Source of the DNA: Acutalibacteraceae bacterium
Lineage (GTDB): Bacteria; Bacillota; Clostridia; Oscillospirales; Acutalibacteraceae
Direction: 5' to 3'
DNA: 64,000 nucleotides
Assembly: GCA_045542485.1 (NCBI GenBank)
Contig: JAZQLC010000027.1
Span: forward strand, 11,859 to 75,858
The notes below the pieces were generated by a model, which saw only the letters and a program-made list of their open reading frames with translations, had not been told where the DNA came from and did no database searches. The position numbers were made by a program, and so were the translations under genes. Shown piece by piece: positions 26,011 to 34,340 of the stretch (position 1 is its first letter; the number at the start of each line of letters is the position of its first letter).

Positions 26011-26784
26011 TTACATGCTAATGTCTTTTTCTTTCATAAAATCGCCGTAAAGAGGACCTGACATTCTGTCAGCACCCATAGATTTGAGAAGCTCGGCTTT
26101 CTCTATGGTTTCAACTCCGCCGATCATAACCTTAGTTCCGATCTTCTTTGCAAAGTCGATAATACCCTGGAGCATATTCTGCTGACGCTCATTGATTTCA
26201 ATATCGCGGGTAAGAGAGGCGTCAATACCTATGTAGTCGACTTCGTACTGACCGAGATTTGAAAGAGAAGTATATTCAACTCCGAAATCGTCAATTGCGA
26301 CGGAGAAGCCTTCTCTTCTCAACTCATTAATGTTCTTTGCGATGATTTCGCTGTCAGCCTGAAGAATGTGGTCTGTAATCTGGAAACAGAATCTGTCGTG
26401 TTCGATTTCTTTCTTGTCAACGATACTGATCATTGACTTGACAAAATTCTTTTTATTGAGATGCTTCAATGAAGTCCACAGGATTACGCTATGGATGTTA
26501 GCTCCGCGTTCCTCTGTTCTTATCATCGCTTCACAAGCCTCTTCAATTGTCCATTTTCCGATTTCAGCAATCTGACTTGATTTCTCAGCCACGGGAATAT
26601 AAGTCTCGGGCTGGATGATGCCTACCTTGTAGTCAGTCAGCTGAACGCGGGTATAATAATCAACTGCCATATTGAGACCTACATCGAAAACGGGCTTATA
26701 CAGAATTTCCATTGTTCTCGCTCTCGGAATTTTTATAGTCTCTTTTTTTTCTTCAGCAATATTTTCTTTTTTTTCTTCAGCCAT
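26011..26784 (-). CDS. Stand-alone EAL-domain protein, catalytic residues apparently degenerate
   Basis: The preferred start is ATG 26784, with GGAGAG 7 nt upstream. EAL-fold landmarks are ILYKPVFD, PETYIPVAE and AIDDFGVEYTSLSNL. Several catalytic positions are substituted: DYY replaces EAL, IGID replaces (I/L)K(I/L)D, and IGGVE replaces EGVE. Confidence 0.65.
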   Translation of the reverse strand: MAEEKKENIAEEKKETIKIPRARTMEILYKPVFDVGLNMAVDYYTRVQLTDYKVGIIQPETYIPVAEKSSQIAEIGKWTIEEACEAMIRTEERGANIHSVILWTSLKHLNKKNFVKSMISIVDKKEIEHDRFCFQITDHILQADSEIIAKNINELRREGFSVAIDDFGVEYTSLSNLGQYEVDYIGIDASLTRDIEINERQQNMLQGIIDFAKKIGTKVMIGGVETIEKAELLKSMGADRMSGPLYGDFMKEKDISM

Positions 26785-27076
26785 AACAACACTCTCCATA
26801 TTACAGGATTTCGGTCAGAATCTGCGTGTATTTTTCTCTAAAAGAAATTTGAAATGGGTATACTGCCACTGATTCTATTATATCCATTGTATTGTACCAC
26901 TTTTTTGTCAAGATGTCAATAAAAATCGAGTTTCCTCTTCATAATTTTTAAACAAATTTTCCGTTTGGTTTTTGGAAGGTTTGCTAATGATTTTTGTAAA
27001 TTTTTTCTGTTAAAAATTTCCGGAAAAATTCGGTAAAATCCGTGCGTTTTTCAGGACAGCCTTACCGCAATTTTTG

Positions 27077-27116
27077 CAAAAAAATTTACGGCTCACCTTA
27101 CTCAGGAAAGCCGTAA
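27077..27116 (-). terminator. Rho-independent terminator of the ThuA/oxidoreductase operon
   Basis: On the minus strand TTACGGCT pairs with AGCCGTAA (27086-93 / 27109-16), followed by ATTTTTTTG. It lies 16 nt after stop 27132. Confidence 0.7.
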
Positions 27117-27131
27117 TTCTGACTCGTTTTA

Positions 27132-28121
27132 TTATTTTTTTGACGCGTATTCTATGCCGTTCTGCCGTCTGATTTCTTTCATAATTCTGCTGACGGAAAG
27201 AGCCATTTCTCTGCATCTGAAATACTCGTTTCTGTTGCCCTCAAAGTCCGAAATGTATTTAAGAAAATCAGCCGCCTCATAGCTCATAACTTCTTCCTTT
27301 TCGGTGTCTCCCGCAAGGATTTCCTCAGTGCCGTCATTGGCTATAAGCTTAATGTTTACAAGCTTTGAAATCGACTCTATAACAAGAGTGCCTTCATCAC
27401 CGTAAACCTCAGTAGCAGTGCGGCTTTGGCCTGTTTTTGAGTAGGTAAGAGTAAGCTGTTTGTCCGGGTAATTAAACACTGCCGTACCCGAAGAATCTGC
27501 ACCCGCTTCAAGCATAAGAGCAGCAGATGTGACACTGTCCGGAATGCCGAAAAAGTACAGTGCAAAATACACGTTGTAAACACCCAGATCCATCAGCGCT
27601 CCCGTTGCCATTTCCGGGTTGAAAATGTTGGGTAATTCCCCTCTCTTAAGAGCAGGATATTTTGACGAAAGCTGAGAAAAATCTATCCTTGCCGTGGTGA
27701 TTTTTCCGAGGCGTTTCAGTGCATTTTCTATGACGGTTTTACCCGGAAAATGCATCATCATAATTGCCTCAAGATAGATCAGTTTTTTTGACTCTGCAAG
27801 AGCAGAAAGTTCTTCAAATTCTTCAGGCTCAACCGTGATTGGTTTTTCGCAGATTACATGTTTTCCGTGCTCTAAAAACAGTTTACTCTGAGCATAATGA
27901 AAGGCATTGGGCGAGGCTATATACACCGCCTGAATTTCGTTGCAGGAAGCCATTTCTTCAAGGCTTGTGAACACCTTTTCAGCACCCACAAGTACAGCAA
28001 ATTCTCTCCCCTTTTCTTCTGTTCTTGAGTAGACCGCATAAGGCGTGAAGCCACCTGCAATTGATGCTCCGTCAGCAAAAGCTTTTGCTATCCAGCCCGT
28101 GCCGATTATTGCGTAATTCAT
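27132..28121 (-). CDS. Gfo/Idh/MocA family oxidoreductase
   Basis: 329-aa ORF with an N-terminal Rossmann motif (MNYAIIGTGWIAKAF) and the EKP motif (ICEKPITV). Confidence 0.8.
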   Translation of the reverse strand: MNYAIIGTGWIAKAFADGASIAGGFTPYAVYSRTEEKGREFAVLVGAEKVFTSLEEMASCNEIQAVYIASPNAFHYAQSKLFLEHGKHVICEKPITVEPEEFEELSALAESKKLIYLEAIMMMHFPGKTVIENALKRLGKITTARIDFSQLSSKYPALKRGELPNIFNPEMATGALMDLGVYNVYFALYFFGIPDSVTSAALMLEAGADSSGTAVFNYPDKQLTLTYSKTGQSRTATEVYGDEGTLVIESISKLVNIKLIANDGTEEILAGDTEKEEVMSYEAADFLKYISDFEGNRNEYFRCREMALSVSRIMKEIRRQNGIEYASKK

Positions 28122-28194
28122 AGTGAAAACATCCTTTTTTATAAAAAATACCCTCTGTCAGCTCATCTGACTGCGTCTTCCGTAAAAGGGCAAT

Positions 28195-28219
28195 CTCCCC
28201 TTGCGTTTTCCAAGGGGAG
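28195..28219. repeat. Palindromic hairpin CTCCCCTTG-N7-CAAGGGGAG (member of a small hairpin family)
   Basis: It sits in the intergenic gap between the two oxidoreductase genes. It is nearly identical to the hairpin at 35597-35622, and its arms resemble those of the hairpin at 1601-1630. Confidence 0.5.
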
Positions 28220-28243
28220 TATGAATCTGATTGATTTTAACTT

Positions 28244-29305
28244 TTAAAGAACTACCTCTTTGCCTGTTTCTGCTGATTTGTAGATAGCGCAAAGAATCTT
28301 AATCATATCAACACCTTGCTGAGGCTTGAAGCAAGGCTCTGCACCCTTTGTGAGAACATCAAGATAGTGAACGAGGTTGTTATGATGGCCTCTTCCGTTA
28401 AGTTTTCCTGCAGGTTTGATGTCGAGAAGCTGACCTGCTTCCTCCGTGAAGATTTCAACATCGTCGTTTTCCCATTTAAGACCTGATTTTGAACCGCGAA
28501 GCTCAACAAAGCGTCTTTCTTTTTTGATATTTGATGCCCAGCTGAATTCAATCTGAAGAACTGCACCGTTGTCAAATCTTATCATACCCATAGCAAGGTC
28601 TTCAACATCAAATGTACCCGCTGAATTCTTGTCACCGAAATCTGAGTTTACTGAGTCGCTTGTATCGTTATCAGCAAATTTGCAGAATGTATTTGCACTT
28701 ACGGACACGGGAGTGGGGTTGCCCATAAGCCAGATTGCAAGGTCAATCATATGTACACCAAGGTCGATAAGGGGACCGCCGCCTGACTGTGCTTTTGTTG
28801 TGAACCAACCGCCTTTGCCGGGGATACCGCGTCTTCTCTGCCATCCGCAACGACCTGCGTAAACTTCGCCCATTTTTCCTGCATCGATATATTTTTTAGC
28901 GTACTGAGAAGCACCTACAAAACGGTTATTTCTCATAACCATAAGAACTTTACCTGCTTCATCTGCTGCTTTCTGCATTTTGAGAACTTCCGTAACATCA
29001 ATAGCATCGGGCTTTTCGCAGAATACATGCTTACCTGCCTTGAATGCATCAACTGCAATAATTGAATGGAGATAGTTGGGTGTGCAGATGTCAACAGAGT
29101 CAATTGTTTCATCCTTGAGAAGCTCTCTGTAATCTGTATAAACCTTCGCTTCAGGGAAATATTCATCCTTAAGAAACTGCGCGCGTTCCTCGATAATGTC
29201 GCAGACACCTACGACTTCAACTCTGTCATCCTCAAGATATGTAGGAACGTGAGCACCTTTACAGATACCGCCGTTACCGATGATACCGATTCTGATTTTT
29301 TTCAT
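28244..29305 (-). CDS. Gfo/Idh/MocA family oxidoreductase
   Basis: The preferred start is ATG 29305 (MKKIRIGIIGNGG...). It has the EKP motif (FCEKPDA) and a C-terminal alpha/beta domain. Confidence 0.8.
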   Translation of the reverse strand: MKKIRIGIIGNGGICKGAHVPTYLEDDRVEVVGVCDIIEERAQFLKDEYFPEAKVYTDYRELLKDETIDSVDICTPNYLHSIIAVDAFKAGKHVFCEKPDAIDVTEVLKMQKAADEAGKVLMVMRNNRFVGASQYAKKYIDAGKMGEVYAGRCGWQRRRGIPGKGGWFTTKAQSGGGPLIDLGVHMIDLAIWLMGNPTPVSVSANTFCKFADNDTSDSVNSDFGDKNSAGTFDVEDLAMGMIRFDNGAVLQIEFSWASNIKKERRFVELRGSKSGLKWENDDVEIFTEEAGQLLDIKPAGKLNGRGHHNNLVHYLDVLTKGAEPCFKPQQGVDMIKILCAIYKSAETGKEVVL

Positions 29306-29319
29306 TTCAATCAATCCTT

Positions 29320-30051
29320 TCAATTGTTTTCAAGTCTTTTCTTTTCAAGAGACGCATAATGCGGACACTCAAGCTTATCAACAACAACCTGAGGTGCTGC
29401 CCATCTTACTGCGTTTGTTATAATTTTCTGAACCTGCTCGTTGTGGTAGCTGGGATTTGTTTCGTGACCGGGCTGGAAATAGAACACTTTACCGAGGCCC
29501 TTATACCATGTACATCCTGAACGGAAAACCTCGCCTCCTGCAAACCATCCCAGGAACACAAGCTCATCAGGCTGAGGAATATCAAATCTTTCGCCGTACA
29601 TTTCCTCACTCTCAAGCTCGATATATTCATCAACGCCCTTTGCAATAGGATGCTGAGGCAAAACGGTCCAGAGTCTTTCTCTGTCATTGTCACGCCATTT
29701 GAGAGTACAGCTTGTACCCATTGTAAGTCGGAAAGGTTTGGACATATGAGCAGAATGAAGGAAAATTATACCCATACCGCGGAGAACTCTTTCGTGAACT
29801 TTTTTTGCAAGTTCATCGGGAACATCATCGTGCTTTGCGTGTCCCCACCAGAGAAGAACATCTGTATCTTCAAGGAGTTCATCCGGAAGACCGCATTCAG
29901 GCTGATCAAGGGTAGCTGTTCTCACTTCAAACTCCTCGTCCTTGCTGAGGAAAGAAGCAATAACATTATGCATTCCGCCCGGATACATCGCCATTGTCGC
30001 TTCGTCTGTTCTGTCGTGGTAATTTTCGTGCCATACTGTAACTTTTATCAT
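29320..30051 (-). CDS. ThuA-domain (trehalose-utilisation-like) protein
   Basis: The preferred start is ATG 30051 (MIKVTVWHENYHDR...), with AAGGAAG upstream. Its length and N-terminal motif are typical of ThuA-family proteins, and it is classically paired with Gfo/Idh/MocA (ThuB-like) genes. Confidence 0.7.
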   Translation of the reverse strand: MIKVTVWHENYHDRTDEATMAMYPGGMHNVIASFLSKDEEFEVRTATLDQPECGLPDELLEDTDVLLWWGHAKHDDVPDELAKKVHERVLRGMGIIFLHSAHMSKPFRLTMGTSCTLKWRDNDRERLWTVLPQHPIAKGVDEYIELESEEMYGERFDIPQPDELVFLGWFAGGEVFRSGCTWYKGLGKVFYFQPGHETNPSYHNEQVQKIITNAVRWAAPQVVVDKLECPHYASLEKKRLENN

Positions 30052-30168
30052 CGGATAACACTTCCTTATGAGCTTATTATTGTTGATTTTACCACACAGA
30101 AATATAAATTTCAATAAGTTTTGTAATATTTTGACAAAAATATTTAATTTTTGTTTTGCAGAAAAGTA

Positions 30169-30197
30169 ATGACAATTTTTACTTTATATGTTATAAT
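30169..30197 (+). promoter_or_regulatory. Sigma-A-type promoter for the GH89 operon
   Basis: -35 ATGACA (30169-74), a 17-nt spacer ending in TG-T, and -10 TATAAT (30192-97). The -10 context TGTTATAAT fits an extended -10. An RBS GGAGGA follows 7 nt before the TTG start at 30229. Confidence 0.55.
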
Positions 30198-30228
30198 AAG
30201 TATAACTATGTCCACGGAGGAATAAGAA

Positions 30229-32325
30229 TTGGATTTTATCAGCAGACTTGCACCGGAAGTCAAGGAAAACTTTACATATGAAATCACAGAAAAAACAACC
30301 GATCAGGATTTTTACGGCTACAAAGCAAAAGACGGTAAAATTCACCTTTTCGGAACAGATAAAGTATGCGTTGCCAAGGCTTTTGGCAAATATATTCAGA
30401 TATGTCTGGACAAAAGCACATCACCTCTCTGCGCAGAAAAGCTGAAAATCACTGAAGCACCCCTTCCTGAGGAAGATTTTTCTGCATATATCGACCAGAA
30501 GTGGCGTGTTTTCGGCGACTATACCCTTTACTCAAACGATGCGTGGAAATGGAATTTTGATGAATGGGAATATTTTCTCGATATCCTTGCAATCAACGGC
30601 ATCAATATGGCTGTAAACCTTGTTGGTAACGAAGGCGTTTGCTTCTACACTCTCATCAAAATGGATTTCCCCCAGGATTTTGCACTTGAATTCATTTCAG
30701 GACCTGCTTTCTACGCATGGCAGATGGCAAACCGATTTGACAACTATGTGCCCAGCAAATCCTTTGACCATATTGAAAGAAATCTTGATATGGGCAAGAA
30801 AATCGTCAGCAGAATGCACGAATTGGGTATAACTCCCGTACTTTCAACCTTCTCGGGACTTGTCCCCACTGTCACCACAAAGCTTTTCAGCGGCAAGGAT
30901 GTTACCATAGACGACAAATGGTCAGGTTTTGCAAAAACATATAAATTCAGAATTGACAGCGTAAACTTCAGAAGATTCTTCCTGAAATACCTTGAGGTTC
31001 AGGAGGAACATATCGGTCACTCCGACTATTTTATCTGCAACCAACTCGCAGGGTCCTCTGTGGGTGTAAAGAAAAAGGATATAGCATACCTTGAAAATTC
31101 TGCCAGAGAGCTTGACAGAGCTATGGATTACTATAACGAAAACGCAACTCTCATCTTCACAAGTGAGGGTTACAGAGAAGAGTTTGTAAAAAGAATAAGC
31201 AGAAGCCGTGTGCTCGTTTTCGACATCGACTCTACTCTTCACGAAAAAACAAACAGTTTTGCAGGTCACGAATTCATTCTCGGCAACTCCCAACACAACA
31301 ACTCACACAACAGTATGCAGGGAGACATCAAAGAAATCGCACTTAACCCCTATGAAAAATGCAGAGAAAAGCACCCCAACTGCATCGGTGCAGGACTTTT
31401 CCCCGAATCACTCAGACAGAATCCTATGTTCTTCTCTCTTTCTTTCGATATTCTTACTCATAAAGGTGAAATCGACCTGAAAGACTGGTATAAAAAATAC
31501 GAAATCGCCAGATACGGCAGAACAGATGAAGAATCAGATGAGAGAATTTCCCTCTATCTTAAAACCTGTTACTCAAGTGAGCACAGTGCCGTGCCCGTAG
31601 GCTCTGCCTTATGCACAAGACCTCAGCTCAATCTCAGACACACAGGTCTTTATGACAGAGTTGAGCCCCTCTACGAAAACGCCGATTTACTTAAGCTTTA
31701 CCGTTCACTTGAAAAGCTCGATTCAGATTCTGAGGGATTTGAATATGACCTTGTGAATATGGCAAAACAGCTTCTTGACAATGATGCATTTTTCCTCCAC
31801 AAGGAAATCGCAGACCTTTACAGAGACAGAAATATGGAAGTTTACAGCGAAAAATATCAGAAATTCCTCGCAATTATAGACGATGTGAATGAAATGCTCG
31901 TCAGCAACAGATTTTTCAACGCCTCCTGCTACATTGATGAGCTTGAAAAAATCGCTAAAAATGACGATGAGCTGACATATTTCATCATAAACTACATCGC
32001 ATCAATCGGTCTCTGGGGACCTATGATTGAGGACAACCACCGATATGACTACGGTTGGCAGATGCTTGGTAATTTCCTGCCCTGCTATCAGAAAATCAGA
32101 TGGGAAAAATTCTTTGAACATCTGTCAGGTCAGTTCAGATTCCTCGGTTTCCAGGAAAAATCACGAAAGCAAAGTTCAGACAGAGATATCTTTGTTTCCA
32201 ATCCTTTTTACAGCGATATGGCACGATTTGAACAAGGCGTAATTCTCACCTTTAATCCCCCGCCCTTCGAAGAAAAAGACACAAAGAAAATTTGCTCTGA
32301 GACAATAAACAAATATTATTCATAA
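30229..32325 (+). CDS. Alpha-N-acetylglucosaminidase (GH89/NAGLU-like), no signal peptide
   Basis: 698-aa ORF with a TTG start. It shows the NAGLU-like N-domain/TIM/C-domain layout and motifs such as FISGPAFYAWQMANRF. The N-terminus (MDFISRLAPEVKENF) is not a signal peptide. Confidence 0.65.
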   Translation: MDFISRLAPEVKENFTYEITEKTTDQDFYGYKAKDGKIHLFGTDKVCVAKAFGKYIQICLDKSTSPLCAEKLKITEAPLPEEDFSAYIDQKWRVFGDYTLYSNDAWKWNFDEWEYFLDILAINGINMAVNLVGNEGVCFYTLIKMDFPQDFALEFISGPAFYAWQMANRFDNYVPSKSFDHIERNLDMGKKIVSRMHELGITPVLSTFSGLVPTVTTKLFSGKDVTIDDKWSGFAKTYKFRIDSVNFRRFFLKYLEVQEEHIGHSDYFICNQLAGSSVGVKKKDIAYLENSARELDRAMDYYNENATLIFTSEGYREEFVKRISRSRVLVFDIDSTLHEKTNSFAGHEFILGNSQHNNSHNSMQGDIKEIALNPYEKCREKHPNCIGAGLFPESLRQNPMFFSLSFDILTHKGEIDLKDWYKKYEIARYGRTDEESDERISLYLKTCYSSEHSAVPVGSALCTRPQLNLRHTGLYDRVEPLYENADLLKLYRSLEKLDSDSEGFEYDLVNMAKQLLDNDAFFLHKEIADLYRDRNMEVYSEKYQKFLAIIDDVNEMLVSNRFFNASCYIDELEKIAKNDDELTYFIINYIASIGLWGPMIEDNHRYDYGWQMLGNFLPCYQKIRWEKFFEHLSGQFRFLGFQEKSRKQSSDRDIFVSNPFYSDMARFEQGVILTFNPPPFEEKDTKKICSETINKYYS

Positions 32326-32345
32326 AAATATAAGGAGTGTTAAAA

Positions 32346-33464
32346 ATGACAAACGAGCAGTATCTCGACGAAATTCTCTCTTCATACGAATTCGAGGGAA
32401 GCTACACAGGTTACAGGCACATTACTGCAGGTCACATCAACACAACATTTGCTCTTCAGTTTGATGTGGACGGCAAAAACAAGCAGATTATTGCACAGAA
32501 AATCAACACCAACGTTTTCAGAACTCCCGTTGAGCTTATGGAAAATATGGTAAATGTAACACGCCATCTTACAAAGAAAATCGAAGAAGCCGGCGGCGAC
32601 ACAGAGCGCGAGACTCTCCACGCAATTTTCGCAAAGGACGGAAAGCCTTACCATATTATGGCTGACGGCACTTTCTGGAGATGTGTGAATTTCATTACAA
32701 ACGCTTATTCCTGCGACACAATCGAAAACCCCAAAGTTTTCTACAACGCAGGTGCTGCTTTCGGCGACTTTATGAGTAAACTTGCAGACTTCCCCGGTGA
32801 AAGTCTCCACGAAACTATCCCCGATTTTCACAACACAAAACAGCGTTTTGCCAACTTCCTTATTGCGCTTGAAAGCAACAAATCAGGCAGAAAGGACAAT
32901 GTAACGGAGGAAATTGAATTTGTCCTTGCGAGAAAAGAAGATTCTGAAAAGCTTGTAAACCTTATTGCTGAGGGTGTTCTTCCCATCAGAGTTACTCATA
33001 ACGATACAAAAATCAACAACATTATGTTTGATAACCAGTCAAATCTCGGTGTTTGCATCCTCGACCTTGACACTGTTATGCCCGGTCTTTCTCTTTACGA
33101 TTTCGGCGACGCAATCCGCTCAGGTGCAGGTACTGCGGCAGAGGATGAAAAGGACGCTTCAAAGATGAAACTGAATGTTGAGCTTTATAAGGCTTATACA
33201 GAGGGGTATCTCTCCGCAGCAGGAAAAAGCCTCACTGAAAAAGAAGCTGAAAACCTTGCTTTTTCTGCGAAGCTCCTTACTTTTGAGTGCGGTATGCGTT
33301 TCCTTACAGACTATCTTGACGGAGATGTTTACTTCCACACAGATTATCCCGAACACAACCTTGTACGTGCAAGAACACAGTTTGCTCTTGTAAAGGACAT
33401 TGAAGAACATATGGACGAGCTTAATACACTTACTGCTGAACTTTACGGGAGGTACAGGGATTGA
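32346..33464 (+). CDS. N-acetylhexosamine 1-kinase-like (APH-family sugar kinase)
   Basis: The preferred start is ATG 32346, with AAGGAG 8 nt upstream. It has GHINTTF near the N-terminus, the catalytic loop VTHNDTKINNIMFD, and DLDTVMPG. Confidence 0.55.
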   Translation: MTNEQYLDEILSSYEFEGSYTGYRHITAGHINTTFALQFDVDGKNKQIIAQKINTNVFRTPVELMENMVNVTRHLTKKIEEAGGDTERETLHAIFAKDGKPYHIMADGTFWRCVNFITNAYSCDTIENPKVFYNAGAAFGDFMSKLADFPGESLHETIPDFHNTKQRFANFLIALESNKSGRKDNVTEEIEFVLARKEDSEKLVNLIAEGVLPIRVTHNDTKINNIMFDNQSNLGVCILDLDTVMPGLSLYDFGDAIRSGAGTAAEDEKDASKMKLNVELYKAYTEGYLSAAGKSLTEKEAENLAFSAKLLTFECGMRFLTDYLDGDVYFHTDYPEHNLVRARTQFALVKDIEEHMDELNTLTAELYGRYRD

Positions 33465-34324
33465 AGAAAAAGATAGAAAAAAAGCATCTTCTTTACGCTG
33501 TCACCGCCCTTGTGGTTATTGCAATAATAGCCTCTTTCACGGCGTTGATTGCAGTTCCGTCTGTCAGGAAAATGGCAATAAAATCAGCAAAAGAAGACCT
33601 TTTTGAAAACTACTATTCTTTCCCCGAAAGCGGTATGATAACAACCTCAAACGGCTTTGCAGGGAATGAAAAAAACTCCCTCCTCTATGTCAGGGCAGCC
33701 TTTCAGAATGACGCTGACGCAATAGAGGTTGATGTCTGCTTCGACAAGGACGGTGTGCCCTATGTTGCCTCATCTTCCGAAGAAATAGGCACAGGAACAA
33801 TGCCTCTTGAATATCTTCTCAGCTTTATTTCAGAGGAAATCAATGGTAATTCTCAGCGTATGCACAGTATAAATCTTCATCTGACAGATGCGTCGGGAAT
33901 CGAAAACCTCGACACAATTGTTGAAAGATACAAAATGTCTGACTACTGTTTCCTTACGGGAATCAACGTCAACCAGGCATCCTTCATCAGAGAAAACTGT
34001 TCTGTCCCCTTTTATCTTGACTACGAGATAGACAAATCAAAGGCAGATGATGCTGAATACGCCGCAAATGTTGTGAACATTGTTTCGCAGTCGGGTGCAA
34101 TCGGAATCAACTGTGAAGCCGATGCTTTCAGCGAAATACTTTCAGCGATGTTCAAGGAAAACTGGCTTAAAATTTCCTTTTACGGCGTTAACAAGGAGCT
34201 TGATATAATTAAAGCTCTGATTTTCTCGCCGAACCAGATTATAACTGAACACCCACAGGATGTGCGTTCAGTCCTCACCGAATGGAACGCAAACGCTCCT
34301 TCAAGCGATATTATACCCTCCTGA
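33461..34324 (+). CDS. Membrane-anchored GDPD-like (glycerophosphodiester phosphodiesterase fold) protein
   Basis: The TTG start overlaps the upstream stop by 4 nt, with GGGAGG upstream. It has an N-terminal TM and the block AAFQNDADAIEVDVCFDKDGVPYVA. By eye, the canonical HRG and HD His positions appear substituted. Confidence 0.45.
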   Translation: MKKKIEKKHLLYAVTALVVIAIIASFTALIAVPSVRKMAIKSAKEDLFENYYSFPESGMITTSNGFAGNEKNSLLYVRAAFQNDADAIEVDVCFDKDGVPYVASSSEEIGTGTMPLEYLLSFISEEINGNSQRMHSINLHLTDASGIENLDTIVERYKMSDYCFLTGINVNQASFIRENCSVPFYLDYEIDKSKADDAEYAANVVNIVSQSGAIGINCEADAFSEILSAMFKENWLKISFYGVNKELDIIKALIFSPNQIITEHPQDVRSVLTEWNANAPSSDIIPS

Positions 34325-34340
34325 AAGGCAGGAATTAATT

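Noticed and set aside
27010-27216. 68-aa minus-strand ORF spanning the end of the oxidoreductase gene
   Set aside because: It overlaps the oxidoreductase stop region out of frame and runs through the rho-independent terminator at 27077-27116.
29650-30117. 155-aa plus-strand ORF
   Set aside because: It is antisense to the ThuA-domain gene and has no RBS or recognisable motifs.
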